This document shows positions 9,333-18,032 of a DNA stretch of 64,000 nucleotides, in pieces. The notes under the pieces were generated by a model. The model had not been told where the DNA came from, ran no database searches, and was given only the letters and a program-made list of their open reading frames with translations. This DNA comes from an uncultured Parabacteroides sp. GTDB taxonomy: Bacteria > Bacteroidota > Bacteroidia > Bacteroidales > Tannerellaceae. Location: positions 39,065 through 103,064 of the forward strand of contig CASEMX010000013.1 in NCBI GenBank assembly GCA_949289155.1, read 5' to 3'. Both the position numbers and the translations under genes were made by a program. Position 1 is the stretch's first letter, and the number at the start of each line of letters is the position of its first letter.

Positions 9333-9749
9333 AATATTTATGTGTTTAGTTAGTAAATAATTTAATTCAGCCGTACCGCATTTACGACTAACTAACCAAC
9401 CACTATGAAAGACAAAAAGAAAGTGCGGGCGAGTTGTTTTATTATCAAGTTGGGGGCATCGGCAAACGCCCACTATGCAGATAATTAAACAACAGCCCGC
9501 ACTCTATGCTGCAGGATATACCTATTCCTTTCAGATAAGTGTACAGCATGAGTGCAAGCATTCTTTGTTTATTATTCCTGCATAGTAAAATTTTGCCGAT
9601 TTTCCAACTTGGAATAATATCGTAAATGCTAAAACTCAGTATGTCCTTCCGCAGGATTACCCCTAATCCTCACGGAATTGCGACAAAGGTAGGGAACGCA
9701 AACGAAAATGCAAAGAAAAAGTAAAAGATATTTCAAGATTTTTATCGGA
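9333..9749 (-). promoter_or_regulatory. Conserved upstream module 1: upstream box, promoter and ~345-nt structured 5' leader
   Basis: Its reverse complement aligns with 61330-61731. Promoter TTTG (9711-9714) - N19 - TACCTTTG (9684-9691) on the minus strand. Confidence 0.8.
9445..9561 (-). CDS. Candidate leader peptide/uORF, 38 aa (MLALMLYTYLKGIGISCSIECGLLFNYLHSGRLPMPPT)
   Basis: ATG preceded by A-rich AGGAATAATAAACAAAGA; same start and frame are intact in the paralogous leader (61517-61627). Confidence 0.4.
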   Translation of the reverse strand: MLALMLYTYLKGIGISCSIECGLLFNYLHSGRLPMPPT

Positions 9750-9812
9750 AAGGTTGATAGAGCGGCGGCGAAGCGGGGAAGGAGTTGCTCCGTACATTGC
9801 ACACAGCAGCTC

Positions 9813-10394
9813 TGTTCTTTTGCCTTGATGCAAAAGAACCAAAAAATCAAGTTGCTCCCTACTTTCTGGCTTGACCCAGAAAGTAGCAAAGAGGTCAAGG
9901 CTTACACTCCAGAGGCTACAAATTCGCATCGCTCCGCTAAAATTTCGGAAACTCGCTTCGCTCAAACAACCGAAATTTCTTCACGCTCCGCTCGGAATTT
10001 GCTTAACGCCTCTTGCGTTAGGCCAATCCTTTCCCTATTATATATATGGTATATATAACCCCTCAGTCTCGCTACGCGAGCCAGCTCCCCTAAAACAGTG
10101 GAGCTTTTCAGATAGAAGCTAAGAGGGAACCGATGCCGAAGGCGAGAGAAAGGAAAGGTCGAAGACGAGGCGGAAGGAGGAAGGGAGAAAGGATTGGCCT
10201 CGGCTGGTGAGCGTAAAGCGAACGACCGGAATGAAGCGTCCGGAAGCTCGGCTGTTTGAGCGCGAAGCGCGAGTTTCCGAGATTCCAGCGAAATGAAGGG
10301 AGAGAGTAGCGAAGCAGGCGCAGCCTTGACCTCTTTGCTACTTTCTGGGTCAAGCCAGAAAGTAGGGAACAATTTGGGTCAAGGCAAAAGAACA
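9813..10394. repeat. 582-bp imperfect palindromic intergenic element (REP/MITE-like)
   Basis: Perfect 47-bp inverted repeat at 9856-9902/10322-10368; outer 15-bp IR TGTTCTTTTGCCTTG at 9813-9827/10380-10394; inner IRs GGAAACTCGC..CTCAAAC and GGCCAATCCTTT. Confidence 0.8.
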
Positions 10395-10404
10395 AGAAAG
10401 AACT

Positions 10405-11460
10405 TTATTTAATCACCGGCACAAGCGCACTGTGCGAGGGCTGATGGTTTTCCACGTAGGGCCAGCCGGCTTCGTCCCACAACACCTGGTCTAACAGCAC
10501 CTGCCGCTGTGCACCGAGATTCGATAGCTCGAACGCATGATAGAGCATCCACGTATTCCCTTCGTCATCCAGCTGCAGCAGGGCGTTGTGTCCGGTCCCT
10601 ACGAACGCACTGTCTTTATGGAGCACCACCTCGTGCTTGTTCTCCAGCATCTTTCCGCCCGACTTATCGACATACGGACCGAAGAGGCTCTCCGAACGTC
10701 CTACGACCGTCGTATAGGTGCTCTTTTCGCCTTCGCAGCAGGAGCCTATCGAGCCGAACAGATAGTAATAGCCATCCCGCTTCCAAAGATTGATACCCTC
10801 GTACGCATTGCCGGCAATCTGCCGCTTCGTCTCCAGCTTCGGCGTAATAGTCACGTCGTCCGTAATATCCAGTTCCATAATATATATCCCAAAGAAGCTG
10901 CCCCACAGGACGTAATACTTCCCATCCTCTTCATAAAGGAACTGGTCGATAGAGTTCTCGACATTCACATCCCGGCTATTGAAAATCTTGCCCTTCGGCG
11001 TAAAAGGTCCCTCCGGCTTGTCGGCCACCGCATAGCCAATCGTACTAATCCAATGGTTTCCCCACTCCGCCAGCGAATAGGTCAGGACATACTTCCCTTT
11101 TATATATTGGATATCCGGAGCCCAAAGCGCCGCGTGCTTCCCTTCGGGGTTATTATCGACGAAGTCCGGGCGGGTCGCATCCGTAAAGGCCGTGCCTACC
11201 TCCTCCCAGTCCACCATATTCTTCGACTTGAATATCGGCAAGTTCCGGATATCCTCCGTCGCATACAAATAATAGGTCCCGTCAGCCAAGCGAATCGCCG
11301 TCGGGTCCGGAGCCGCAATCCGTATCACCGGGTTATGGTATTCCTTTGCGACGGAGGTTGAGTCTGACGACGCTGCGTCCACTCCCTTGCCGGACTCCTT
11401 GCCCCCACATGCCATGCAGAGGAACATCCCGGCCCATAATAAATATTTTACCTTATACAT
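10405..11460 (-). CDS. GH43 glycoside hydrolase lipoprotein (arabinanase/xylosidase-like)
   Basis: Lipobox LCMAC; APDP, LWAPD, SIDQF, YEG, SIGSCCEG and GTGHNA motifs. Confidence 0.88.
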   Translation of the reverse strand: MYKVKYLLWAGMFLCMACGGKESGKGVDAASSDSTSVAKEYHNPVIRIAAPDPTAIRLADGTYYLYATEDIRNLPIFKSKNMVDWEEVGTAFTDATRPDFVDNNPEGKHAALWAPDIQYIKGKYVLTYSLAEWGNHWISTIGYAVADKPEGPFTPKGKIFNSRDVNVENSIDQFLYEEDGKYYVLWGSFFGIYIMELDITDDVTITPKLETKRQIAGNAYEGINLWKRDGYYYLFGSIGSCCEGEKSTYTTVVGRSESLFGPYVDKSGGKMLENKHEVVLHKDSAFVGTGHNALLQLDDEGNTWMLYHAFELSNLGAQRQVLLDQVLWDEAGWPYVENHQPSHSALVPVIK

Positions 11461-11668
11461 AATGAAGATTTTTTATTGAACAACTGCACAAAGATAGCTA
11501 TACTTCCCATGAAATACAACCCTATTGCCCTCGCGACTCGCCCCATATCCAACACATCGCTATCCTATGGGGAACCTCGCCTCTCCCCCTCGAAGAAAAC
11601 TTTGACGCTTCGAAAGAAAAAGTTCTTCGCCTCGAAAGGAAAAGTTTCTCGCGTAGTAAGCAATTCTT

Positions 11669-11752
11669 AAAACGCCACAGGCGTTTATAAAAACGACACA
11701 GGCAATTGTAAAAACGCCACTGGCATTTATAGAAACGGCACAGGCGTTTTGA
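11669..11752. repeat. 21-bp tandem array x4 (AAAACGcCACaGGCrtTTaTA)
   Basis: Units at 11669, 11690, 11711 and 11732. Confidence 0.85.
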
Positions 11753-11971
11753 CTTTTCTTCCTAAGCTGAGCAACTTTTCCTTTCGACGCGACAAAGTTT
11801 TCTTTTGGGAGGAAACCAACTTTTCTTCGGGGAGCTAAGGACGGAAGTGCTTAGGGAGAGGTCCGGTTTCTGCTACGGCGCGTGTGCCGAAAGCCTATGG
11901 GGAGCGGGAGCCATGCCCGCCGCGCAAGCAATTCTTTCCGTGAAGAGTATCCTTTCTCTCTCTTTTTTTCG

Positions 11972-11979
11972 TACCTTTG
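11972..11979 (+). promoter_or_regulatory. Bacteroidetes -7 promoter element (TACCTTTG) for fabI
   Basis: Matches TAnnTTTG, 25 nt before the ATG at 12005. Confidence 0.65.
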
Positions 11980-12004
11980 CGCCCGAATTAATAAGGTAAA
12001 AGTT

Positions 12005-12862
12005 ATGAGTTACAATTTATTGAAAGGAAAGAAGGGAATCATCTTCGGTGCGCTGAACGATATGTCTATCGCGTGGAAAGTAGCTGAACGGGCTGCCGAA
12101 GAGGGCGCAACGATTACGCTCAGCAACACGCCGATGGCGCTCCGGATGGGACAGACAGACGAATTGGCCAAGAAGCTGAACGCTGAGGTTATTCCTGCCG
12201 ATGCCACAAGCGTGGAGGATTTGCAGCAGGTATTCACCCGCTCGATGGAGGTGCTGGGCGGTCCGGTCGATTTCGTCCTCCATTCTATCGGAATGAGCCC
12301 GAATGTCCGCAAGAAACGCACATACGATGATTTGGATTATAACTTCTTGGAGAAGACGTTGGATGTATCGGCTATTTCGTTCCACAAGATGCTTCAGACG
12401 GCAAAGAAGCTGGATGCGATTGCCGAGTATGGTTCGGTGGTTGCCCTGAGCTATGTAGCAGCGCAACGTACATTCTTCGGATACAACGATATGGCGGACG
12501 CAAAAAGCCTGTTGGAATCTATCGCCCGCAGCTTCGGATATATCTATGGCCGGGAAAAGAACGTCCGTATCAATACCATTTCGCAATCACCTACGCCGAC
12601 TACGGCAGGCAACGGGGTAAAAGGAATGGACCACCTGATGGACTTCGCCAACAAGATGAGTCCGCTGGGCAACGCGACGGCAGACGAATGCGCCGATTAC
12701 TGCGTGATGATGTTCTCTGACCTGACCCGGAAAGTGACGATGCAGAACCTGTACCACGACGGCGGCTTCTCCAGCATGGGTATGAGCCTGCGTGCCATGA
12801 ACCAGTACAGCAAGAGCTTGGAAGAATATACCGACGAGAACGGGCATATCATTTATGGTTAA
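12005..12862 (+). CDS. fabI: Enoyl-ACP reductase
   Basis: Start MSYNLLKGKKGIIFGALND.SIAW (the track's upstream extension is spurious); HSIGMS and YNDMADAKSLLES motifs. Confidence 0.92.
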   Translation: MSYNLLKGKKGIIFGALNDMSIAWKVAERAAEEGATITLSNTPMALRMGQTDELAKKLNAEVIPADATSVEDLQQVFTRSMEVLGGPVDFVLHSIGMSPNVRKKRTYDDLDYNFLEKTLDVSAISFHKMLQTAKKLDAIAEYGSVVALSYVAAQRTFFGYNDMADAKSLLESIARSFGYIYGREKNVRINTISQSPTPTTAGNGVKGMDHLMDFANKMSPLGNATADECADYCVMMFSDLTRKVTMQNLYHDGGFSSMGMSLRAMNQYSKSLEEYTDENGHIIYG

Positions 12863-12866
12863 TGAA

Positions 12867-12931
12867 GAATTACGAATTACGAATTACGAATTTCTATTTT
12901 GTCCGTAATTCGTAATTCATAATTCGCAATT
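12867..12931. repeat. Heptamer-repeat hairpin (GAATTAC)n ... (GTAATTC)n
   Basis: Direct 7-mers followed by their reverse complements, between fabI and the Sua5/YciO gene. Confidence 0.8.
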
Positions 12932-12940
12932 AAATAAATT

Positions 12941-13552
12941 ATGTTAGTCAAGATTTATGAAGAGAATCCGAATCCGAAGGAGATAGCCAAGGTGGTAAAG
13001 GTCCTTCAAGACGGAGGACTGGTCATCTACCCGACCGACACGGTCTATGCCCTCGGATGCGACGCATTGAATGTCCGTGCCGTGGAGAAGATATGCAAGA
13101 TAAAAGGGGTCAATCCACAAAAAAGCAACCTCTCCATCATCTGCTACGACCTATCCAACCTGAGCGAATATGCGAAAGTGAGCAATGCGGCGTTCAAATT
13201 GATGAAACGATACCTGCCCGGTCCTTATACCTTCATACTTCCTACGAGCAGCGAACTCCCTAAAATCTATAAGAACAGGAAAGAGGTCGGCATCCGTGTG
13301 CCGGACAACCAAATCGTCCGCACGATTGTACAGGAGCTGGGCAATCCGTTGCTCACGATGTCCGTACATGACGACGAAGATGAAGTGATGGAATACTCCA
13401 CCGACCCGGAACTTATCGACGAGAAATACGAAGGGAAAGTAGATATCGTCATCGACGGCGGATACGGAGGCATCGAACCCTCGACGGTAATCGACTGTAC
13501 CGGCGACGAGTTCAGCATCATCCGCCAAGGGAAAGGAGAAATCAATATTTAA
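12941..13552 (+). CDS. Sua5/YciO/YrdC family protein (threonylcarbamoyl-AMP synthase-like)
   Basis: YPTDTVYALGCD, LPGPYTFIL, VGIRVPD and PSTVID motifs. Confidence 0.88.
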   Translation: MLVKIYEENPNPKEIAKVVKVLQDGGLVIYPTDTVYALGCDALNVRAVEKICKIKGVNPQKSNLSIICYDLSNLSEYAKVSNAAFKLMKRYLPGPYTFILPTSSELPKIYKNRKEVGIRVPDNQIVRTIVQELGNPLLTMSVHDDEDEVMEYSTDPELIDEKYEGKVDIVIDGGYGGIEPSTVIDCTGDEFSIIRQGKGEINI

Positions 13553-13566
13553 AAGGATATATTATT

Positions 13567-14463
13567 ATGGTAAAGAATTTATTGGGCATAGCACTCTGCG
13601 CCCTGCTCCTTACGGCTTGCGGAGGAGGGAATAATGCCAAACAAGAGAACAAAGCAAATGCAACATCAGACCAGCCGGTGCAAATCGAATGGGCAACCTT
13701 CAATATGCGTTACGACAATCCGGGCGACAGCTTGAACAACTGGAAGTATCGCAAGGACACCATCTGCAAGTTCATTAAGATGAAGAACCTCGATATCATC
13801 GGTATGCAGGAGGTGTTGCACAATCAGATGGAGGATTTGAAAGCCGGGCTCCCGGAATTTGCCGCTATCGGCGTAGGCCGTGATGACGGGAAAGAGGCAG
13901 GAGAATATTCCCCGCTGTTCTATCGGAAAGACAAATACGAATTATTGGATGGGAATACGTTCTGGCTCTCGCAATATCCCGACAGCGCAGGCTTTATCGG
14001 CTGGGACGGAGCTTGTACCCGGATTGCCACGTGGGGAAAGTTCAAGGATAAAAAGACCGGCAAGGTATTCATGGCGGTAAATACCCACTTTGACCATGTC
14101 GGTGTCGAAGCAAGAAGACAAAGCGCCCTGCTGATTATCCAGAAGATTAAAGAAATCGTAGGAGACAATCCGGCAGTCGTAACCGGCGACTTCAATGTGA
14201 ATGACCAGTCGGAGGCTTATCAGACCATAACGACCAACGAGTTCGTGTTGAAAGACGCTTATAAGATGACCGATAAGAAGACGGGACCGAACTATACCTT
14301 CCACGACTTCGGAAGATACCCGGTGGAGAAACGGGAGAAGATTGATTTCATCTTCGTTACTCCGCAAATTAAAGTGCTGAATACGGAAATCGCCCAAAAC
14401 CCGGAATCGAAGACCGGATACTTGAGCGACCATAATCCGCACATGGCGTTGATTGAATTCTAA
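13567..14463 (+). CDS. Endonuclease/exonuclease/phosphatase family lipoprotein
   Basis: Lipobox LTAC; TFNMRYD, GMQEV, NTHFD, GDFN and SDHNP motifs. Confidence 0.88.
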   Translation: MVKNLLGIALCALLLTACGGGNNAKQENKANATSDQPVQIEWATFNMRYDNPGDSLNNWKYRKDTICKFIKMKNLDIIGMQEVLHNQMEDLKAGLPEFAAIGVGRDDGKEAGEYSPLFYRKDKYELLDGNTFWLSQYPDSAGFIGWDGACTRIATWGKFKDKKTGKVFMAVNTHFDHVGVEARRQSALLIIQKIKEIVGDNPAVVTGDFNVNDQSEAYQTITTNEFVLKDAYKMTDKKTGPNYTFHDFGRYPVEKREKIDFIFVTPQIKVLNTEIAQNPESKTGYLSDHNPHMALIEF

Positions 14464-14472
14464 ATCGAAATA

Positions 14473-14517
14473 AACGGCGAATGATGGAGAGATTAAAGGG
14501 GAACATCATTCGCCGTT
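14473..14517. terminator. Hairpin between convergent genes (probable bidirectional terminator)
   Basis: AACGGCGAATGATG ... CATCATTCGCCGTT, 14-bp perfect stem. Confidence 0.75.
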
Positions 14518-14523
14518 CTTCTT

Positions 14524-17166
14524 TTAATTCCACCTTTCAACCAAGACCTGAATCTCTTCCGGATTTAAATCCGATTTAAAGGAGAAAGTAACCGTCCGTT
14601 TTTCATTCGGCATCAGCGTAATGTAATTATCCGAATAATGTACCGGAAGAATGCGCTTGCCGGTTGTCCGATTAAATACCTTGATTCGGTTGAAGAAGCT
14701 GATGTGTCCGTCTGTTGCGAGAGTGACTGTCCCTTTATATTCGCCCTCTTGCTTTTCCAACTGCGTCTGTACATCCGTCTGCGACTTCGGCAATTCATTC
14801 AATGTGGAATAATCCTTCGGGATAGTCGTCAGCCAATAAATATTATCGGTCAGCTCCTCTCTCTTTGCGTCCAAGAGCGAAAGTTTCAGGAAATAAACGC
14901 CCGTTACCTCCTTTACCTCCGGAACGGCAAACAGGGTCTTTACATTATTGACCGGTGCATCCGTCTGCATATCCTTTTCCCAAAACATCTTGCCCTCCCG
15001 GTCGAACAATGCCGCCTTTACTGTCAGCGATTCATAGGCATTCACCGTCGTATTCATCAGTTCAATCTGTTTCGTGTGCATATTATAATAAGGATGTAAC
15101 GGTTCGCATCCCTTTTTCGTTCCATATAATGAGGCATTGACATCCAAATACCAATCATACATCTGACCTCGTAGGGCAGTCCATGGGTTCTGTGTCTTCC
15201 AGATAAGGATTCCGGTGTACCAATCCCAAATATGCGAAGCCCACCCCTCCATAAAGCTGCGGTACTGGTCATAATTTACGACTTGCGCATAGCGGCAATA
15301 ATCTTCGATGCTCTTTACTTCGCCGTACCGCTCCAAATGGTCGCGATAACCCAAGTCTTTATGATAGCGCCATGTCAGGTTCTTCGTGAAGCTCTTCCGC
15401 GGGAATTCTTCCAAATCCTTGGGCGACATAAATTCGCGGAAACTTTCTATCTCCGGCGAACCGACAGAACCTGCCTCCGGATTGAACGGATGCGAGCGGA
15501 ACGTGAAGAACCATTCCAATTCCTGAATGCCGTAAGGTCCGTCGCCATTATCGCCTAACAAATTACGGGTAAATACCGAGTCTGTCGAATAGCTGGCGAA
15601 CAAACGGTTGGGGTCCAAGCGAGGCAACAGGTCTGTGCGGAGCGCCTCATCGATATCTTTCGCCAAAGGCCACTCATTTGCGCCGCACCACAGGCACAAA
15701 CTCGGATGGTTACGAATCATTTTAATCTGGTCTTCTGCCGAACGGAGGAAAAGGTCATGATTGTCGGGATATTCCCAACGGCGTTCGCGCGAATCCAGCT
15801 TGGTGATGTCTTCCCATGCCCCATTGCAATCGCCGCTTCCCCACAAATCCTGAAAAACCAAGATGCCATATTTATCGCACGCCTGATAAAACTCCGGACG
15901 CTCCAACAAGGCGCCGCCCCATACGCGAATCATCCGCAAATTCATTTCCGCATGGAAACGCACCTCGTGGTCATACCGTTCCGGCGAAAGGCGAAGCAGC
16001 CAATCCGAATTGATATAATTGCCGCCGGTTATGTATATCTTCTGTCCATTGACATAAAATTCCCGTCCGCCATTCTGCGGGTTCTTCCTCGTCGTGATTT
16101 CCCGTATGCCAAATTGCACCTCTTCCGAATCACTCACCTGATTCCCTTGTGAAAAGGCGAAGCTAATCTGCTGCAACGGTTGCTCTCCTATGCCATTGGG
16201 CCACCATAATTGCGGATTCTCTATCGTTTGTTTCGGGAAGGCAATGAGCTGCTTTTCTTTGGGTTGCAAAGTAACCTCCCGACTGAATGTCGTGCCTTGA
16301 TATTTTGCCGAGACAATCCCCTTCTGGACTTGGTCGGTTACATTCTCCAGTTCGACTGAGGTTTCCAAATAGGCTTTCGCCTGCTTTTCCGCATTCGGTT
16401 CACGCACGCCCGGAACCTTTGTCACGACATAAGGATGCTGCAAAAGGACTGCGCCGGTCGTGGTTATCGATACCTCATCCCATATTCCCGTATTCCGGTC
16501 GCGCACCGGCTGAATCCAATCCCATCCCGGCGTATATTGCATGGTGCAATTGCGGGCAATCTGGGCATCCCCGCCCTGTCCGCCATTCGGATTCCCCACA
16601 TGGTCGGGCGGAAATACCAACACAGCCAACAGATTCGTGGAATCGCTACGCAGCAGGTCGGTAATGTCATACGATTGGCGCAGGAACATCCCCTCGTGCG
16701 TGTTCCGATTGACTCTTTTGCCATTCAAATAGATTTCTGCTTTGTAATTAATCCCGCGAAAGTTCAGCCAGATATGTTTCCCCGGCGTTTTCTGCACATC
16801 CGCAAGCGGACAGACAAACCAATAGGTATAAAAGTCGCGCCCTACCCGGTAAATATCCGGTATCCGTTCATTATTCAAACCCACTTCCGGCGCAGGATAG
16901 ACATTGTTTTCCAACAGAGTCGTCAGCACCGTGCCCGGAACACGCGCTTTCATCCAACCTACTGTCCGGAACGGTTGCGACGTTAACCGATTCCCATCTT
17001 CACCAATCTCGCTTGCCCGCCGAGCCCACCAGCCGTCGTGCAACAATACCTTATCGCCCGATTCAGGCAATACAATCTGCTTTGCGGTTTGTCCGATAGC
17101 CGGAGCTATCCAAAAAGCAACCAGCAACATACATACTTTAAAAAGTGTCTTCATCGTGTTTTCCAA
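14524..17166 (-). CDS. GH2 glycoside hydrolase (beta-mannosidase/exo-beta-glucosaminidase-like); start may be 17154
   Basis: Signal peptide; VPGTVLTTL, GWDW, FGIREI, NMIRVWGG-like RMIRVWGG, WCGANE motifs. Confidence 0.85.
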   Translation of the reverse strand: MENTMKTLFKVCMLLVAFWIAPAIGQTAKQIVLPESGDKVLLHDGWWARRASEIGEDGNRLTSQPFRTVGWMKARVPGTVLTTLLENNVYPAPEVGLNNERIPDIYRVGRDFYTYWFVCPLADVQKTPGKHIWLNFRGINYKAEIYLNGKRVNRNTHEGMFLRQSYDITDLLRSDSTNLLAVLVFPPDHVGNPNGGQGGDAQIARNCTMQYTPGWDWIQPVRDRNTGIWDEVSITTTGAVLLQHPYVVTKVPGVREPNAEKQAKAYLETSVELENVTDQVQKGIVSAKYQGTTFSREVTLQPKEKQLIAFPKQTIENPQLWWPNGIGEQPLQQISFAFSQGNQVSDSEEVQFGIREITTRKNPQNGGREFYVNGQKIYITGGNYINSDWLLRLSPERYDHEVRFHAEMNLRMIRVWGGALLERPEFYQACDKYGILVFQDLWGSGDCNGAWEDITKLDSRERRWEYPDNHDLFLRSAEDQIKMIRNHPSLCLWCGANEWPLAKDIDEALRTDLLPRLDPNRLFASYSTDSVFTRNLLGDNGDGPYGIQELEWFFTFRSHPFNPEAGSVGSPEIESFREFMSPKDLEEFPRKSFTKNLTWRYHKDLGYRDHLERYGEVKSIEDYCRYAQVVNYDQYRSFMEGWASHIWDWYTGILIWKTQNPWTALRGQMYDWYLDVNASLYGTKKGCEPLHPYYNMHTKQIELMNTTVNAYESLTVKAALFDREGKMFWEKDMQTDAPVNNVKTLFAVPEVKEVTGVYFLKLSLLDAKREELTDNIYWLTTIPKDYSTLNELPKSQTDVQTQLEKQEGEYKGTVTLATDGHISFFNRIKVFNRTTGKRILPVHYSDNYITLMPNEKRTVTFSFKSDLNPEEIQVLVERWN

Positions 17167-17588
17167 TTAAAATCATGCACTAAAGGTACGGATTTAATCG
17201 AGATATAAATGCACCCATGAGCATTTTTCAAGGCCTAAATTCCGGATATTTATAATTTGCAATTTTCAAATATAATCAATTGATGATATACAATACTTTG
17301 TAATTTGCAAATATATGAATATAATCTATCGATAATATTTGTATTTTTCTAAGTAATAGAAAAATTATATTTCTATAATTTGTACTTTACTAAGTAATAA
17401 TCAAATTATAATTATAATCTTTGTAAATTACAAAGCATAAACAACAAGAAAAATACGGTGGCACAAGAACTGTTTTTGTGTTTAATCCACATTCCTGCAT
17501 AAAATTATGCGTCCGGCTTCCAGAATATCAGTTGTAATCATTACTTTTGCAGCTTGAAATTAATTAATAAGATAGTAAGAGGCATAAA

Positions 17589-18023
17589 ATGACGAATAAG
17601 GTTGACAAACAACACGAGTTGGATAAACGTTATCTCCGGATGGCGGTAATCTGGGCGGAAAATTCGTACTGCGAACGCCGGAAAGTCGGTGCGTTAATCG
17701 TAAAAGACCAGATGATTATATCCGACGGGTACAACGGGACGCCCTCCGGATTCGAAAATATATGCGAAGACGAGCATAACATCACCAAACCTTATGTGCT
17801 CCATGCCGAAGCCAATGCAATCACTAAAGTGGCGGCTTCCTCAAATAGCAGCAAAGGGGCGACAATTTACATTACGGCGGCTCCATGCATCGAATGTGCG
17901 AAACTGATTATCCAATCGGGCATCGTAAGAGTCGTATATGCCGAGAAATATCGCACGGAAGAGGGCTGCGATTTATTGAAACGCGCCGGAGTTGAAGTGG
18001 ATTATATAGATTTAAACGAATAA
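17589..18023 (+). CDS. dCMP deaminase (ComEB-like)
   Basis: GYNGTPSG, HAEANAI and PCIECAK zinc-deaminase motifs. Confidence 0.92.
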   Translation: MTNKVDKQHELDKRYLRMAVIWAENSYCERRKVGALIVKDQMIISDGYNGTPSGFENICEDEHNITKPYVLHAEANAITKVAASSNSSKGATIYITAAPCIECAKLIIQSGIVRVVYAEKYRTEEGCDLLKRAGVEVDYIDLNE

Positions 18024-18032
18024 AAAAGTCTT

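Noticed and set aside
9333-9473. N-terminal extensions given by the ORF track (paralog 1 from 9473; also fabI 11882, purH 25680, M50 35517)
   Set aside because: The extensions cross promoters, leaders or upstream genes; the downstream ATGs give the expected signal peptide or conserved N-termini.
9856-10368. Invertible (phase-variable) promoter for paralog 1
   Set aside because: The promoter (9684-9714) lies outside the 47-bp inverted repeats, and no recombinase gene is present in the window.
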